Origin: a virus
Taxonomy: Duplodnaviria; Heunggongvirae; Uroviricota; Caudoviricetes
Direction: 5' to 3' (one strand)
IMG/VR virus record: IMGVR_UViG_3300035680_000003
Length of the DNA: 64,000 nt
Both the position numbers and the translations under genes were made by a program. Positions 10,323 through 20,381 of this stretch are shown piece after piece (within the stretch, counting starts at the first letter, position 1; each line of letters opens with the position of its first letter). A model generated the notes under the pieces. That model was not told where the DNA came from, searched no databases, and was given only the letters and a program-made list of their open reading frames with translations.

Positions 10323-11591
10323 ATGCCTTACATTCTCAATAAAACAGATGGAACACAGATTACGATAGTACAAGATGCTTCGTTGGATCTCACAACTGAT
10401 TTAATTTTTGTTGGAAGAAACTATGCAGGTTACGGTGAATGGCAAAATGAAAACTTTTTAAAATTGCTTGAGAATTTTTCAAATACTATTCCTCCATCTA
10501 AACCGATTGATGGTCAACTTTGGTATGATACTGCAAACAAAAGACTCAATGTGTTTGATGGCGCAAATTGGAAAAGCATTTCCAATTTAGATGTTAATAC
10601 TGAAAATCCTAACAATACTAAAATCTACGAATCAGGCGATCTATGGTTTGATAGTAGAGAAGAACAACTTTATGCCTACAATGGTGAGAATTTTGTTTTA
10701 ATAGGTCCTCCTAGCGGCGCCGACACCAGAGCTCAATGGAAAGGCGATGTCGAATACGCACAAGAAGATACTGGTACACCAAAATACAATATTAAAGCTA
10801 TTGTAGGAGCAAATGATGAAGTAGTTGCTATGGTTTCTGCAGAAACATATACAGTAACTCAAGCAGATCAACCACCACTACCAAAATATCCTATCTATGA
10901 TTCAGGTTCTACATCAACGATCAGTAAAGGTATTACTTTAAGAGGTGCAAACTACTCAACAGGTGAATCAGCGTCTCAGGGAATTTACTTTTGGGGAAGT
11001 GCAAGGCATGCAGTTAATGCAAATACTGCAACCACTGCAATCGGACTTGTTACAGATATTCCGCCAAGTGTAGGTACATTTCCTATTCCGTTTACAACTG
11101 GCACAACTTATACCAAAACAGACGCAATCTACACTACTTCATCGTTTTATTATAATCCATTTGATAAAAGTGTTAAAGCTGATATTTTTAAAGGCGTTGC
11201 AACCAGTGCATATTATGCTGACATTGCTGAACGCTATGCCGCAGATGCGGCATATGAATTTGGAACTGTACTAATGTTAGGCGGAGAAAAAGAAGTTACT
11301 CTTGCTACATTACAGGCAACGACAACGGTTGCAGGAGTAGTGAGTAAAAATCCGGCATATATGATGAATTCCGAGGCAGGAACCGACGAAACTCACCCCT
11401 ATATTGCCTTAAAAGGTCGTGTTCCTTGCAAGATTTGTGGCCCCGTTAAGAAGGGCGACCTATTAGTTACCAGTGGATATAAACAGGGATATGCTACTAA
11501 GAAACAGGATCATGACAGTTCGGATGCTGTAATAGGAAAAGCCCTCGAAGATTTCGAAGGCTCTTTTGGTGTAATAGAAATTAAAGTTTAA
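10323..11591 (+). CDS. Tail fibre/spike protein with C-terminal intramolecular-chaperone-like domain
   Basis: Shared N-terminal domain. The C-terminal ADIAERY...GTVLMLGGEKEV...IALKGRVPCK...GDLLV...IGKAL pattern resembles phage fibre autocleaved chaperone domains. Confidence 0.7.
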   Translation: MPYILNKTDGTQITIVQDASLDLTTDLIFVGRNYAGYGEWQNENFLKLLENFSNTIPPSKPIDGQLWYDTANKRLNVFDGANWKSISNLDVNTENPNNTKIYESGDLWFDSREEQLYAYNGENFVLIGPPSGADTRAQWKGDVEYAQEDTGTPKYNIKAIVGANDEVVAMVSAETYTVTQADQPPLPKYPIYDSGSTSTISKGITLRGANYSTGESASQGIYFWGSARHAVNANTATTAIGLVTDIPPSVGTFPIPFTTGTTYTKTDAIYTTSSFYYNPFDKSVKADIFKGVATSAYYADIAERYAADAAYEFGTVLMLGGEKEVTLATLQATTTVAGVVSKNPAYMMNSEAGTDETHPYIALKGRVPCKICGPVKKGDLLVTSGYKQGYATKKQDHDSSDAVIGKALEDFEGSFGVIEIKV

Positions 11592-12472
11592 ACAGCCATT
11601 GGTGCTTTAATAGCATCGTGACTAGTATAATTTACCAATTCAATATCGTCCATTGTAAACCCTGTGATGTTTTTGACAGCAGGGTTTAGTTTTAACTCTG
11701 GCAACGGTAATGGCTTACGTGCTAATTGCTCGTTAACCTGATCAACATGATTGGTGTAGATATGAGCGTCACCTAGGGTAATAATAAGTTCGCCGACTTC
11801 TAATTCACAGGCTTGTGCAATCATATGTGTGAACAGTGCATAGCTGGCAATGTTAAACGGTACTCCGAGGAACATGTCTGCACTACGTTGATACATTGAA
11901 CAACTTAGTTTCCCGTTGCTTACGTAGAATTGACTCATCATATGGCACGGAGGTAATGCCATTAGTTCTAGTTCGCCTGGATTCCATGCAGTAATGATAT
12001 GTCTACGACCGTAAGGGTCTTTCTTTAAGCCGTCAATTAAATTAAGCAACTGGTCGCAATTTTGTAGGACAACTTTGTTAATACGAACTAACGGAGCACG
12101 CCACTTTCGCCATTGCACGCCGTAGACACGACCGAGATCACCTGCATGCCGCTGGAGTCGTTTGTTTGTCCAGTAAGGTGCTGTGGCATTATCTGACCAT
12201 ATAGTTTTCTTATCGGTATAACGCTCACCGTGTAGGATTTCCTTTAAGCGATTCTCATCACCACTGCCTTCAATAAACCAAAGCAGTTCGCTAACACAGG
12301 CACGCCATGCTAGCTTCTTAGTAGTAACAGCAGGAAATCCTTTCTGCAGATCAAATCGCAATTGTACACCGAACTTACTAATAGTCCCGACTCCAGTTCT
12401 ATCGGGTCGCTGTTCACCTGTTGCTAAAATGTCTTTAAGTGCATTGAGATATGCTTGTTCTGGATGTGTCAT
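11588..12472 (-). CDS. thyA: Thymidylate synthase
   Basis: DRTGVGT, LPPCH (catalytic Cys), YQRSAD and GVPFN (Asn, dUMP specificity) motifs. Confidence 0.97.
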   Translation of the reverse strand: MTHPEQAYLNALKDILATGEQRPDRTGVGTISKFGVQLRFDLQKGFPAVTTKKLAWRACVSELLWFIEGSGDENRLKEILHGERYTDKKTIWSDNATAPYWTNKRLQRHAGDLGRVYGVQWRKWRAPLVRINKVVLQNCDQLLNLIDGLKKDPYGRRHIITAWNPGELELMALPPCHMMSQFYVSNGKLSCSMYQRSADMFLGVPFNIASYALFTHMIAQACELEVGELIITLGDAHIYTNHVDQVNEQLARKPLPLPELKLNPAVKNITGFTMDDIELVNYTSHDAIKAPMAV

Positions 12473-12945
12473 AAGTTGTATTCTTTTATTGTATATTTTA
12501 TCGGGTCATTAAGTATAGCGTGTTCTTTAACCTTTGTAAAGTGTTCTTTTACATAGGTAAGGTCAAAAAACTTATCACACTCATAGTCTGCATCTATTTC
12601 GGTAATATAAAATCTGTCAATAATATCGAGATATTGTTCATAAACGGCACTTCCGCCGATAATGAAAATTTCCTTATCAGGGTATTCTACAGAACAAAAA
12701 TCTAAGGCAGCACCGCAGTCGTCAAAGGTGTGATCACCTAGCACTCTCTTTCTGCTTATCACTACATTAATTCTATTAGGTAAAGATTTACCCAAACTAT
12801 CATATGTGGTTGAACCCATAATAACAACTTGATTAGTTGTCATTTGTTTAAACCACTGCATATCACCCCTAAGGTGAGGCCAGGGCATTTGACCATTAAA
12901 TCCTATGCCCTGGTTTCGTTCAACTGCAACTAAACAGTTAATCAT
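12469..12945 (-). CDS. folA: Dihydrofolate reductase
   Basis: GIGFNGQMPW, VIMGxxTY.S, LPNRINVVISR and IIGG motifs; translationally coupled to thyA. Confidence 0.95.
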   Translation of the reverse strand: MINCLVAVERNQGIGFNGQMPWPHLRGDMQWFKQMTTNQVVIMGSTTYDSLGKSLPNRINVVISRKRVLGDHTFDDCGAALDFCSVEYPDKEIFIIGGSAVYEQYLDIIDRFYITEIDADYECDKFFDLTYVKEHFTKVKEHAILNDPIKYTIKEYNL

Positions 12946-13550
12946 TAAGCTTCGGCTTTTGTTGCCTTAGCCGTCTTCTTAACTGGCGGAGACATTTCGT
13001 CTGCTTTGCGGCGCATCTCTGCTGCCTGCTTAGAAAGTTTGTCTGCCATTGACCGCAAGTCAGATGCAGTAACTGGTGCTTCTGCAATTGTAGGAGCAGT
13101 GTCGACAATAATATCATCGACAATAATTTCTTCCTTGGCTTCTTTTTTAGTAACGGTAGATTTTTTCTGACCATCACTAACAGCCAAATCCTCAACAGTG
13201 ATTCCTTTCTGAGTTGCAATCATTTCATTGAGTTCATTCAATGGAATTTGTGTTTGAGTATTGGGAGTCATTAACACGAGATTAGTGGGAACTTTTTTAA
13301 GTTGTCCACGGGCGTGTAACCAACTTAGCATTACATCACCGTCTGGGAATCGGCGTGTTGCTAAGATGTCAGCTAACTCGTTTGCTTGTTGACCGGATTC
13401 ACTTTGAATAACGCTCATCAAAGCATCGTGATTAGCATCTGGCAAGCCACTAGTCCCAACTACTAATGCGTTGTTGGGCTCTCCCGGAACAGTCCTATAA
13501 ACTACTGCTACTCGAGCAGCATTATTTTTCATTTTTCCCACATGTTTCAT
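12945..13550 (-). CDS. Hypothetical protein
   Basis: 201 aa ORF coupled to folA by stop/start overlap. Confidence 0.7.
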   Translation of the reverse strand: MKHVGKMKNNAARVAVVYRTVPGEPNNALVVGTSGLPDANHDALMSVIQSESGQQANELADILATRRFPDGDVMLSWLHARGQLKKVPTNLVLMTPNTQTQIPLNELNEMIATQKGITVEDLAVSDGQKKSTVTKKEAKEEIIVDDIIVDTAPTIAEAPVTASDLRSMADKLSKQAAEMRRKADEMSPPVKKTAKATKAEA

Positions 13551-13562
13551 GTGAATCTCCTT

Positions 13563-13805
13563 TTATTGTTTTGGTGCTTTGTCGTCTGACTTAGGAGGTG
13601 CAACAGCATTTAAGAATGCGTTTAGTTTATCAAATACTGTGCCTACTCCGGACGCTTCTGAAGCTCCAAATGCCCCTCTACGAACTGCAACATCAATGAT
13701 CGCACGGATATTTGTTAGATCAGTGATTGTAAGATCTGGTTGTTGCGGTGGCGCAGCCTCTGGAGTTACTTGACTAGCGTCTTGAACTGTTTCTTGGTTT
13801 TCCAT
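13563..13805 (-). CDS. Hypothetical protein
   Basis: 80 aa ORF, tightly packed in the operon. Confidence 0.65.
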   Translation of the reverse strand: MENQETVQDASQVTPEAAPPQQPDLTITDLTNIRAIIDVAVRRGAFGASEASGVGTVFDKLNAFLNAVAPPKSDDKAPKQ

Positions 13806-14096
13806 TTAATTAATTCCTTTTTTATGTAAATGTTGACATCCTAATGATAACATAGTTAGTTCTTTAGGATCCTCGATTCCTATTTCAATAACAGAAATCA
13901 TTTTCCTATTTGCATCTAAACTATATTTTCCTTGTATAGCGTATCTGCTATTTAAATTATATTCGATCCATTGTTCTATAATTTTGGTATCAAACTTTGA
14001 ATCAATAGAGATTTTGGAAAAATGTTCTGGAATAAAAGATAGTTTTCTAAATCCTAGAACATTTAAAGCATTTACCGTTCCTCTATTTAATGCCAT
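13806..14096 (-). CDS. Hypothetical protein
   Basis: 96 aa ORF, tightly packed in the operon. Confidence 0.65.
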   Translation of the reverse strand: MALNRGTVNALNVLGFRKLSFIPEHFSKISIDSKFDTKIIEQWIEYNLNSRYAIQGKYSLDANRKMISVIEIGIEDPKELTMLSLGCQHLHKKGIN

Positions 14097-14108
14097 AATC
14101 TACCTATA

Positions 14109-15377
14109 TTATTTATAATGCGCGGTCTGGCCGAATGGAGAAATTATGGCATCGTTACCGTGAATAATAAAGATAGTATCACAATAATCTTCATCTCCCC
14201 AGCTACCGCAGGGATAACCGTCAGTAAACATAATAAACTTCTTGGGTTGAATATCATTGTACTTCATGAATTCCCAGTTTGCATCAAAATCAGTACCACC
14301 GCCACCTTGGCAATCGTACTCGTTAATATCATCAGCAGTATCTCCGGTAAATTGTTTGTAACCGTATACGTTAGTATCAAAACACCACAAATCTAATTTA
14401 AAGTCCTTGTACTCATCCATAATACCTTTGACTTCTGACAAGAAATCTTTAGCCATAGCATCTGAAATACTACCAGACATATCGATTGCTACAGATACGT
14501 CAATAGTTTCTTCATTCATCATACCTGGCAAGATAGCGCCACATTGTTGACTCTTGCGGTTAGGGCGAGCAAAGCTAAAATTGCTTTTAAGAATACTTTG
14601 GATATTCATGCGCAACAGTTGTCGCCAGTCCATCTTTGGCTCAGTAAAGTCTTTGATCATTCTAGCAATACCTGCAGGCACTTTACCTGCACCTGCTGAT
14701 TGAGCAGCCGCTACCATAGCTTCTTTGATCTCATCACGGATTTGTTTCTTTTCTTCTGCAGTCAAACGTGGCCGGCCCTTACCACTTCCGTTAATTTCTT
14801 CTCCATCTTTGCCTTCACCTTCCCCATCTTCACCCTCACCATCTAGGTGTTCGTCGAGCAATTCCCCTAATTGGGAAATATCAATCTTTTCAGCCTTGTC
14901 GTAAAGGTCCTGATAAATCTGCTCGTAACTCCATCCGCGATATTTGTCGTCCTGGAAAATCTTAATAAAGCTAGGAACTGTACCGATACGTTCGTCTTTA
15001 AGAATTTGGTTAGCGGCATAGTCTGCGGCAATGTTTGACAGTTGAGGGTCGCGCCCGTCTCGCCGACCCATATGATCAAATACATTATGGAGGACCTCGT
15101 GTGCAAAGCCAAACTCTGCTTCCTTAGGAGTAAGTTTATTTACAAATCCTAAATTAAAATAAAAATTGCGACCATCTGTTGCAAGGGTTTGACACCAGTC
15201 GCTAGCCTCTACCATTTTCATTCGGGTAGCAAGATTACCAAAAAACGGATGGCGGAGCAAGAGCCCAACTCGTGCGGTAATTAGTTTATCGAGAATTTTA
15301 GCTTTTTCACTTTCGCTAAAAGTTTTACCTAACCAATCTTGTTTCTTTTGTTTTTCTTGTTTCATTACTGCGGACAT
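14109..15377 (-). CDS. Putative metallopeptidase (HEXXH) plus VWA domain protein (DUF2201/VWA-like)
   Basis: HEVLH motif, acidic Gly-rich linker, then the VWA MIDAS motif DMSGS, GGGGTDF and FTDG. Confidence 0.88.
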   Translation of the reverse strand: MSAVMKQEKQKKQDWLGKTFSESEKAKILDKLITARVGLLLRHPFFGNLATRMKMVEASDWCQTLATDGRNFYFNLGFVNKLTPKEAEFGFAHEVLHNVFDHMGRRDGRDPQLSNIAADYAANQILKDERIGTVPSFIKIFQDDKYRGWSYEQIYQDLYDKAEKIDISQLGELLDEHLDGEGEDGEGEGKDGEEINGSGKGRPRLTAEEKKQIRDEIKEAMVAAAQSAGAGKVPAGIARMIKDFTEPKMDWRQLLRMNIQSILKSNFSFARPNRKSQQCGAILPGMMNEETIDVSVAIDMSGSISDAMAKDFLSEVKGIMDEYKDFKLDLWCFDTNVYGYKQFTGDTADDINEYDCQGGGGTDFDANWEFMKYNDIQPKKFIMFTDGYPCGSWGDEDYCDTIFIIHGNDAIISPFGQTAHYK

Positions 15378-15403
15378 TTATTACTCCTAGTTGCGATAGT
15401 ACT

Positions 15404-15432
15404 ATTATACATTCAATTTATCAAAAGAGCAA
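15404..15432 (-). promoter_or_regulatory. Sigma70-type promoter for the VWA gene
   Basis: Minus strand reads TTGCTC-17 bp-TATAAT with an extended TG. Confidence 0.7.
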
Positions 15433-15434
15433 GT

Positions 15435-15453
15435 AAAAAGGCCCCTAAGGGCC
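15435..15453 (-). terminator. Intrinsic terminator after the MoxR ATPase gene
   Basis: Minus strand GGCCC-TTAG-GGGCC followed by TTTTT. Confidence 0.65.
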
Positions 15454-15457
15454 AATT

Positions 15458-16540
15458 TTAACCTTCCATTGCCTGGATAATGTACTTGCCGTACTTATCG
15501 TGGAACTTGTCAAAGTTCTTCAATTTGCTAGCATCAAACGGCAGTTGATAGTTAGTCAACGCAACCTTTGCACCCATAACAACTAATTCAGTTGGGAAGT
15601 TATCCATCATGAATCCAAAGAAGTTGTCTGCCATTTCATCCCAGTTCTTAGCTTTCTTTTTATCAGCTTCTTGGAGCTCGTAGCACAGGCTAATAGTCAA
15701 CGAATACATAGCAGAGATTTCTTTGATATCCGATTTCTTAATCTTACCTGCTAAGATATCTTCTGGTTTCGGCATCTGTTTAGCAACCTTGCGGTGTGCC
15801 ATAAATTTAACAGCAAGGCCCTCACCGATAGCACCTGCAATCAAATCAGTTAATGTGTTTTCTGGAACATCATCTTCCTCCAACAATTCGGATACAAATG
15901 ACCACGAGCGAGGAGTAGCAAATGAGCGTGAGCTAGACTTTGGATCAAAGTCATACAAGTCCTGCTTGGCAAAACCAATATAACCGACAACCTGTTCGTG
16001 AATTCTATTGTTAACTGCCCACTGATGCCAGTCTTCAAAATCTGTACGGAGTTCCAAATGCAGGAAACGGTTAGCCAACGGAGCAGGCATACGATAAGTA
16101 ACACCCTTGTCAGTTTCACGGTTACCTGCGGCAACAATGCTAACACCTTTTGGCAATTGATAAGTACCAACACGACGATTCAATACTAACTGGAAAGCCG
16201 CTGCCTGTGTAGCAGGAGCCGCAGAGTTCAATTCATCCAAAAACAGAATAGCAGTAGACTCTGGATCTGTAGGCAGTTCTGCAGGAGGTGCCCAAGTCAT
16301 TGTATTGGAAGTAGAATTGTAATACGGAATACCTTTAATGTCAGTAGGTTCCCATAAACTCAAACGAACGTCGATGACTTCGCGATCTGACTCATCGCCT
16401 AGTTGTTTAACAATATCGGATTTACCAATACCGGGGGGACCCCACATAAAAACCGGACGTTGCTTTTTCAAGCATTTACGGATAGCTGCCTTAGCTTCGT
16501 TTGGACCAACTGTGCGATTTGCGGAAATTTCTTTTGACAT
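15458..16540 (-). CDS. MoxR-like AAA+ ATPase
   Basis: Walker A GPPGIGKS, Walker B LFLDE, AAGNR and PLANRF motifs; adjacent to the VWA partner. Confidence 0.9.
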   Translation of the reverse strand: MSKEISANRTVGPNEAKAAIRKCLKKQRPVFMWGPPGIGKSDIVKQLGDESDREVIDVRLSLWEPTDIKGIPYYNSTSNTMTWAPPAELPTDPESTAILFLDELNSAAPATQAAAFQLVLNRRVGTYQLPKGVSIVAAGNRETDKGVTYRMPAPLANRFLHLELRTDFEDWHQWAVNNRIHEQVVGYIGFAKQDLYDFDPKSSSRSFATPRSWSFVSELLEEDDVPENTLTDLIAGAIGEGLAVKFMAHRKVAKQMPKPEDILAGKIKKSDIKEISAMYSLTISLCYELQEADKKKAKNWDEMADNFFGFMMDNFPTELVVMGAKVALTNYQLPFDASKLKNFDKFHDKYGKYIIQAMEG

Positions 16541-16590
16541 AGTGCGCTTTCTTTAAAAAACTGTTAAAGTAAATTGTTTACAGTGTCACT

Positions 16591-16619
16591 ATTGTAGCAA
16601 AGATCTGCGGTCTTGTCAA
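16591..16619 (-). promoter_or_regulatory. Sigma70-type promoter for the MoxR gene
   Basis: Minus strand reads TTGACA-17 bp-TACAAT. Confidence 0.8.
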
Positions 16620-17005
16620 GATGTTTTCTGTTTTTCTGTAAATCTTTTTTGGGCTCTATGAAATTTAGCTATGTTGCCAGAAAACAACACTAATTGTACT
16701 GCGGTTTTCTCACCAAAAACCCATATTTTTCGAGCAGTTAAGTAAAACGGGCAATCAATATTTTGATCTATCCAAATGGCTAATTCATTAGTGAATAAAA
16801 TGGGTTCTTCAAATTTTATCTCATAACATTTAATATCTGCTTTCTGGAGACATTCGAACCCTTGCTCAGTTAGGCGTAGCCCACCTTTGAGCTTGTTTCT
16901 GGTGTTAACCCACCAGGTAGGAATAGTTTTTTTGATCCTTTGTTCGTCGGCGGGCAATCCTAATGACTCCAGGACAGCTTTGGTTATTTCATGCTTCGGA
17001 TTCAT
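16616..17005 (-). CDS. Hypothetical protein
   Basis: 129 aa ORF overlapping the upstream gene. Confidence 0.65.
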   Translation of the reverse strand: MNPKHEITKAVLESLGLPADEQRIKKTIPTWWVNTRNKLKGGLRLTEQGFECLQKADIKCYEIKFEEPILFTNELAIWIDQNIDCPFYLTARKIWVFGEKTAVQLVLFSGNIAKFHRAQKRFTEKQKTS

Positions 17006-17288
17006 TTTCGACTTTTTCTCCGGTAGTCAACTTATACACGGAAAAGTCTGTTGTATTGAAAGTTTTGTTTAGTTTTTCGGATAGATTAAACGCATGTCCA
17101 CTATTTGAAAAACTTACTTTTTTATACTTTGGACCTAGTTGTTGTGCTACTACACTGCTGGTTTTTAAATTGATAGGTTTGTCTTTGTAGAATACAGCCC
17201 AGATAGCATCAGCTTCCAAAACCTGATCAGTTTTGTAATTCTTTTTATTTGTAATCTCTAATAAAATATTTGGTTTTGGTCTGCTCAT
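16989..17288 (-). CDS. Hypothetical protein
   Basis: 99 aa ORF preceded by a TAAATA motif (~17315). Confidence 0.7.
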   Translation of the reverse strand: MSRPKPNILLEITNKKNYKTDQVLEADAIWAVFYKDKPINLKTSSVVAQQLGPKYKKVSFSNSGHAFNLSEKLNKTFNTTDFSVYKLTTGEKVENESEA

Positions 17289-17329
17289 ACATACGTCTCC
17301 GAAAAGTGCGTATATATTTAGCAGGGTAT

Positions 17330-17551
17330 TTAAAATTTACCACCATCCATTTTAATCTGGATTACATCATTATTTTGATTTTTTGCTATTACATCTAACT
17401 CGCCTGCAAGCCTAGTCATTACAATACTAAGACTATTTTGCAAATCTGTAACCTCTTTTATGCTTAAAGTAACTGAATTTTGATTACTTTTAATTGCAAT
17501 TCTAGCTTTATTTAAAAAGTCTTCAATCGGTAATGTATTGAGTTGTTTCAT
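17330..17551 (-). CDS. Hypothetical protein
   Basis: 73 aa ORF coupled by an ATGA overlap. Confidence 0.65.
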   Translation of the reverse strand: MKQLNTLPIEDFLNKARIAIKSNQNSVTLSIKEVTDLQNSLSIVMTRLAGELDVIAKNQNNDVIQIKMDGGKF

Positions 17552-18045
17552 TGTTTGTTAACTGTGTTTAGTGCAGCTTTCATTTCGGATTCTGTTTTGT
17601 AAGGCCCATGAAAGGGATACCTTTCAAGAGTAATTAATTTAGGACAAAAACTTTTAACCCACCCTTTACGGAATTTAATAACATAGTAACCTGCACAATA
17701 TTGACTTTTACTTTTATCACTTTTAGCAAATAACGGTAACTTTTTCTTTACGTTATACATAGGATCGTATGGTTTAGATCCGCAAGGATAATCATATATG
17801 GAAAATGTTACAGATTCTGGTTCGTTAGATTTTTTAACAGAATCACTTAAGGTAATTCCTAACTCTTGTTTAAGTTCATCTAAATTTTTAAATTCAAACT
17901 TTTGTCCTTTGCGTAAAAATTCGTAACCTTTTTTATGTTTAGCAATGGACCCTATTTTTTTGTCTTCGTCCTTAATAAGCCATTCTTTATTTGGTACTAA
18001 TACTTTTGAAATTACATTCATATTATCTTCCTTGCTGATATTCAT
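17548..18045 (-). CDS. Hypothetical protein
   Basis: 165 aa ORF coupled to the nuclease gene. Confidence 0.65.
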   Translation of the reverse strand: MNISKEDNMNVISKVLVPNKEWLIKDEDKKIGSIAKHKKGYEFLRKGQKFEFKNLDELKQELGITLSDSVKKSNEPESVTFSIYDYPCGSKPYDPMYNVKKKLPLFAKSDKSKSQYCAGYYVIKFRKGWVKSFCPKLITLERYPFHGPYKTESEMKAALNTVNKQ

Positions 18046-19034
18046 GCTGAGTAACGAGCATTAAGAGGTTCTGCATAACTAGTAACCTGCTCGCCAATCT
18101 TAGGCAGATCGTATTCTGCACAGTATTTTAATAGTCGTACACCGACTTGTGGAATATTCTTATTTGCAGTGGTTGCACCAGTGATTGTTTCTGTAATTAA
18201 CAACTTAATATTATTGGGCTGTGCGGTAAGATCGCACAACACTACATTTCGATTATAATCATCCAATACACGATGCTCGACACCTTCGTGATCAGTCCAC
18301 TTCTGCAACATCATATTGTTCCAATTGTAGCCTTTGCTATCGCGGTCTGCAAATGCTTCACGAAGTCCAATTTTGTTCTTTGTACCCTTTTCACGGACAC
18401 CGGGATATGCACTGAAGATGTTGTCGCTTGTATCGCCACGCATACATTTTTCAAACAACAACCAAATAGGATCAGGTTCGGGTTTCGGCAACAGTGTTTT
18501 CTTGTCGATTACACGTTTACCTTTTTCATCAAAGTAGCCCTGGTGCGTTGTAGTAACTTGCATTACTCCGTTATACTGTTTTACATTTGGTGCAATTAAT
18601 TGTGCGAAGTCGCCGTCTGTCGAAATAATCACATGGCTGTCAGCTGGATGACTTTGAATCCAGCCTGCAATTAAATCATCAGCTTCGAGCTGCGGATGTT
18701 GTAAAACAGTACAATTAGTCTTGTTGGTAACAAAATCTTTAAACTGATCAAACGTTTCCCAAAACACTCGATCCTCTTCTTGTTCGCGTGGACTCTGAGC
18801 TGCCCGGGCTTCTGTACGCTGCCGCTTATAGGGAGCATAATAGTCCTTGCGCCAGCTACGCCCCTCTAAGAAAAAGATAACATGGTTACCATTAAATTCT
18901 CGCCACGCCTTGCGAACACTGCTCAATACAGTAGAGATACTCATACCTACTTTGTCTTCGATGCTGCCACGAACTACGTGACGTGCCCGAAAGAACGTGT
19001 TTGCTGTATCCACAAGGATATATGTTTTTGACAT
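18042..19034 (-). CDS. rnh: T4 RNase H-like 5'-3' exonuclease/flap endonuclease
   Basis: N-terminal LVD...FFR, LEADDLIA, STDGDFAQL and GDTSDNI motifs of the 5' nuclease family. Confidence 0.9.
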   Translation of the reverse strand: MSKTYILVDTANTFFRARHVVRGSIEDKVGMSISTVLSSVRKAWREFNGNHVIFFLEGRSWRKDYYAPYKRQRTEARAAQSPREQEEDRVFWETFDQFKDFVTNKTNCTVLQHPQLEADDLIAGWIQSHPADSHVIISTDGDFAQLIAPNVKQYNGVMQVTTTHQGYFDEKGKRVIDKKTLLPKPEPDPIWLLFEKCMRGDTSDNIFSAYPGVREKGTKNKIGLREAFADRDSKGYNWNNMMLQKWTDHEGVEHRVLDDYNRNVVLCDLTAQPNNIKLLITETITGATTANKNIPQVGVRLLKYCAEYDLPKIGEQVTSYAEPLNARYSA

Positions 19035-19501
19035 TAAAATACTTCCGACTTACCGTCGCCTAAATTGTTTACGTTAATAAATCCACTACCTCTACGATCC
19101 ATGTCAACGCCAGATTCTGACCCAACACCTTTGCAAAGTTCTTGGAACCACTGATCAACAACTGCCTCTTCTGTTTCGCCTTTGTAACCAGCTTCTTTTA
19201 ACTGTAACACAAAGTATTCATTCCAGTCAAGCTCAAAAAAACCATTGCGGATATTGTCCTTGTTTACATGAGTATCCAGTACCGCCACCCAAGGTTCTTT
19301 TTTTTCAGTAGCAAGCGCCTTTGGTCCAAGCTTCGCAAGTCTTTCTTCTTCTTGTGCTTGTACTGCTGCCTGTCTTGCTCGTTCCGCTTCTCTTTGTTGA
19401 GCCGCCGTTTCGTCTACTGCTTGACTCATTCTAGTCTCGGCATCGGAAATAGCTTTTTCGATCTTATCAATGCCAAAAAGTTTTTTAATAAATTTGTTCA
19501 T
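19034..19501 (-). CDS. Hypothetical protein
   Basis: 155 aa ORF between queE and rnh, coupled to both. Confidence 0.7.
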   Translation of the reverse strand: MNKFIKKLFGIDKIEKAISDAETRMSQAVDETAAQQREAERARQAAVQAQEEERLAKLGPKALATEKKEPWVAVLDTHVNKDNIRNGFFELDWNEYFVLQLKEAGYKGETEEAVVDQWFQELCKGVGSESGVDMDRRGSGFINVNNLGDGKSEVF

Positions 19502-19502
19502 A

Positions 19503-20351
19503 TCAAGTACCCCATTCGTTCTTAAACAATGGAACTTGCAATCTATCGCTATAACGGAGTCCGTTTTTCATAGCGGCTATTGCTACTGTTTTATTATTTA
19601 ATGCGTAAACACTCTCTACTCCACCTACCGGCATCAAATATACATGGCCAGTAAATCCTTCAGCGCGGAATTCTTCTGTAGCCCTTAGTGCATCTTCGAT
19701 ATCTTGTTCTGTTTCTACAACAAACTTCAAATATGCTGTTCCATAATTCTCATAGTCGCAAACAACTTTGGGTTTAATAGCATCTTTCCAGGGCTCGCCG
19801 CTTGCCGGCAGTTTAGCACTTACGCTAAATGTAATCTCTCTATCATCTCCGCCGAATGTCCAGTCTGTTAGATATTCTTTAAACTTTTCAGTTAAACGCA
19901 TTGTACCGTTAGTTTCAAAAGTAATTTCTTTAAGACCTTTCATGCAAGGTTGATTCAGCAAATCTGGATAGGCCTTTTGCCACCCCAACAACGGCTCACC
20001 ACCCGTGATAACAAGATGTTCGTCACGCCATTCTTTAAACGGCAATGTATCAACTACAGCCTTAGCAAGACCTTCAGTTTCGATCATCGGGCTTAGGTCT
20101 TTAAATGCAGGATGCCAACTTGCATAACTGTCGCAGCCTGTGCTAACTAGCGGAAGTGATTTGTATTCTGCAAATTCAACAGCACGTTCTGCAATTTTAT
20201 CTGCTTCTGCGCTCAGTTCACCGCGTGGCATACCAAAACCTTGACAGGTAAAGTTGCAGCCATATGTACGTAAGAATACAGAAGGGACGCCCATATAACG
20301 CCCTTCTCCTTGGATTGAATAGAATAGTTCGGATACTTTAATTTTGCTCAT
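19503..20351 (-). CDS. queE: 7-carboxy-7-deazaguanine synthase (radical SAM)
   Basis: FYSIQGEG...VFLRTYGCNFTC...CDS (third Cys displaced by an insertion), ITGGEPLL, ETNGT, SAK and RLQV motifs of QueE. Confidence 0.9.
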   Translation of the reverse strand: MSKIKVSELFYSIQGEGRYMGVPSVFLRTYGCNFTCQGFGMPRGELSAEADKIAERAVEFAEYKSLPLVSTGCDSYASWHPAFKDLSPMIETEGLAKAVVDTLPFKEWRDEHLVITGGEPLLGWQKAYPDLLNQPCMKGLKEITFETNGTMRLTEKFKEYLTDWTFGGDDREITFSVSAKLPASGEPWKDAIKPKVVCDYENYGTAYLKFVVETEQDIEDALRATEEFRAEGFTGHVYLMPVGGVESVYALNNKTVAIAAMKNGLRYSDRLQVPLFKNEWGT

Positions 20352-20381
20352 TTAATAGACCTTTAAGAGAGGTGATAAGTA

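Noticed and set aside
11588-11591. Convergent genes sharing a TTAA stop overlap (also at 21276-21279) read as a transposon target site
   Set aside because: No transposase or terminal repeats; shared TAA stops are a simple result of genome compaction.
11588-12472. thyA as a dCMP hydroxymethylase or other modified-pyrimidine synthase
   Set aside because: It retains the Asn in GVPFN that specifies dUMP and is coupled to DHFR, as for ordinary thymidylate synthase.
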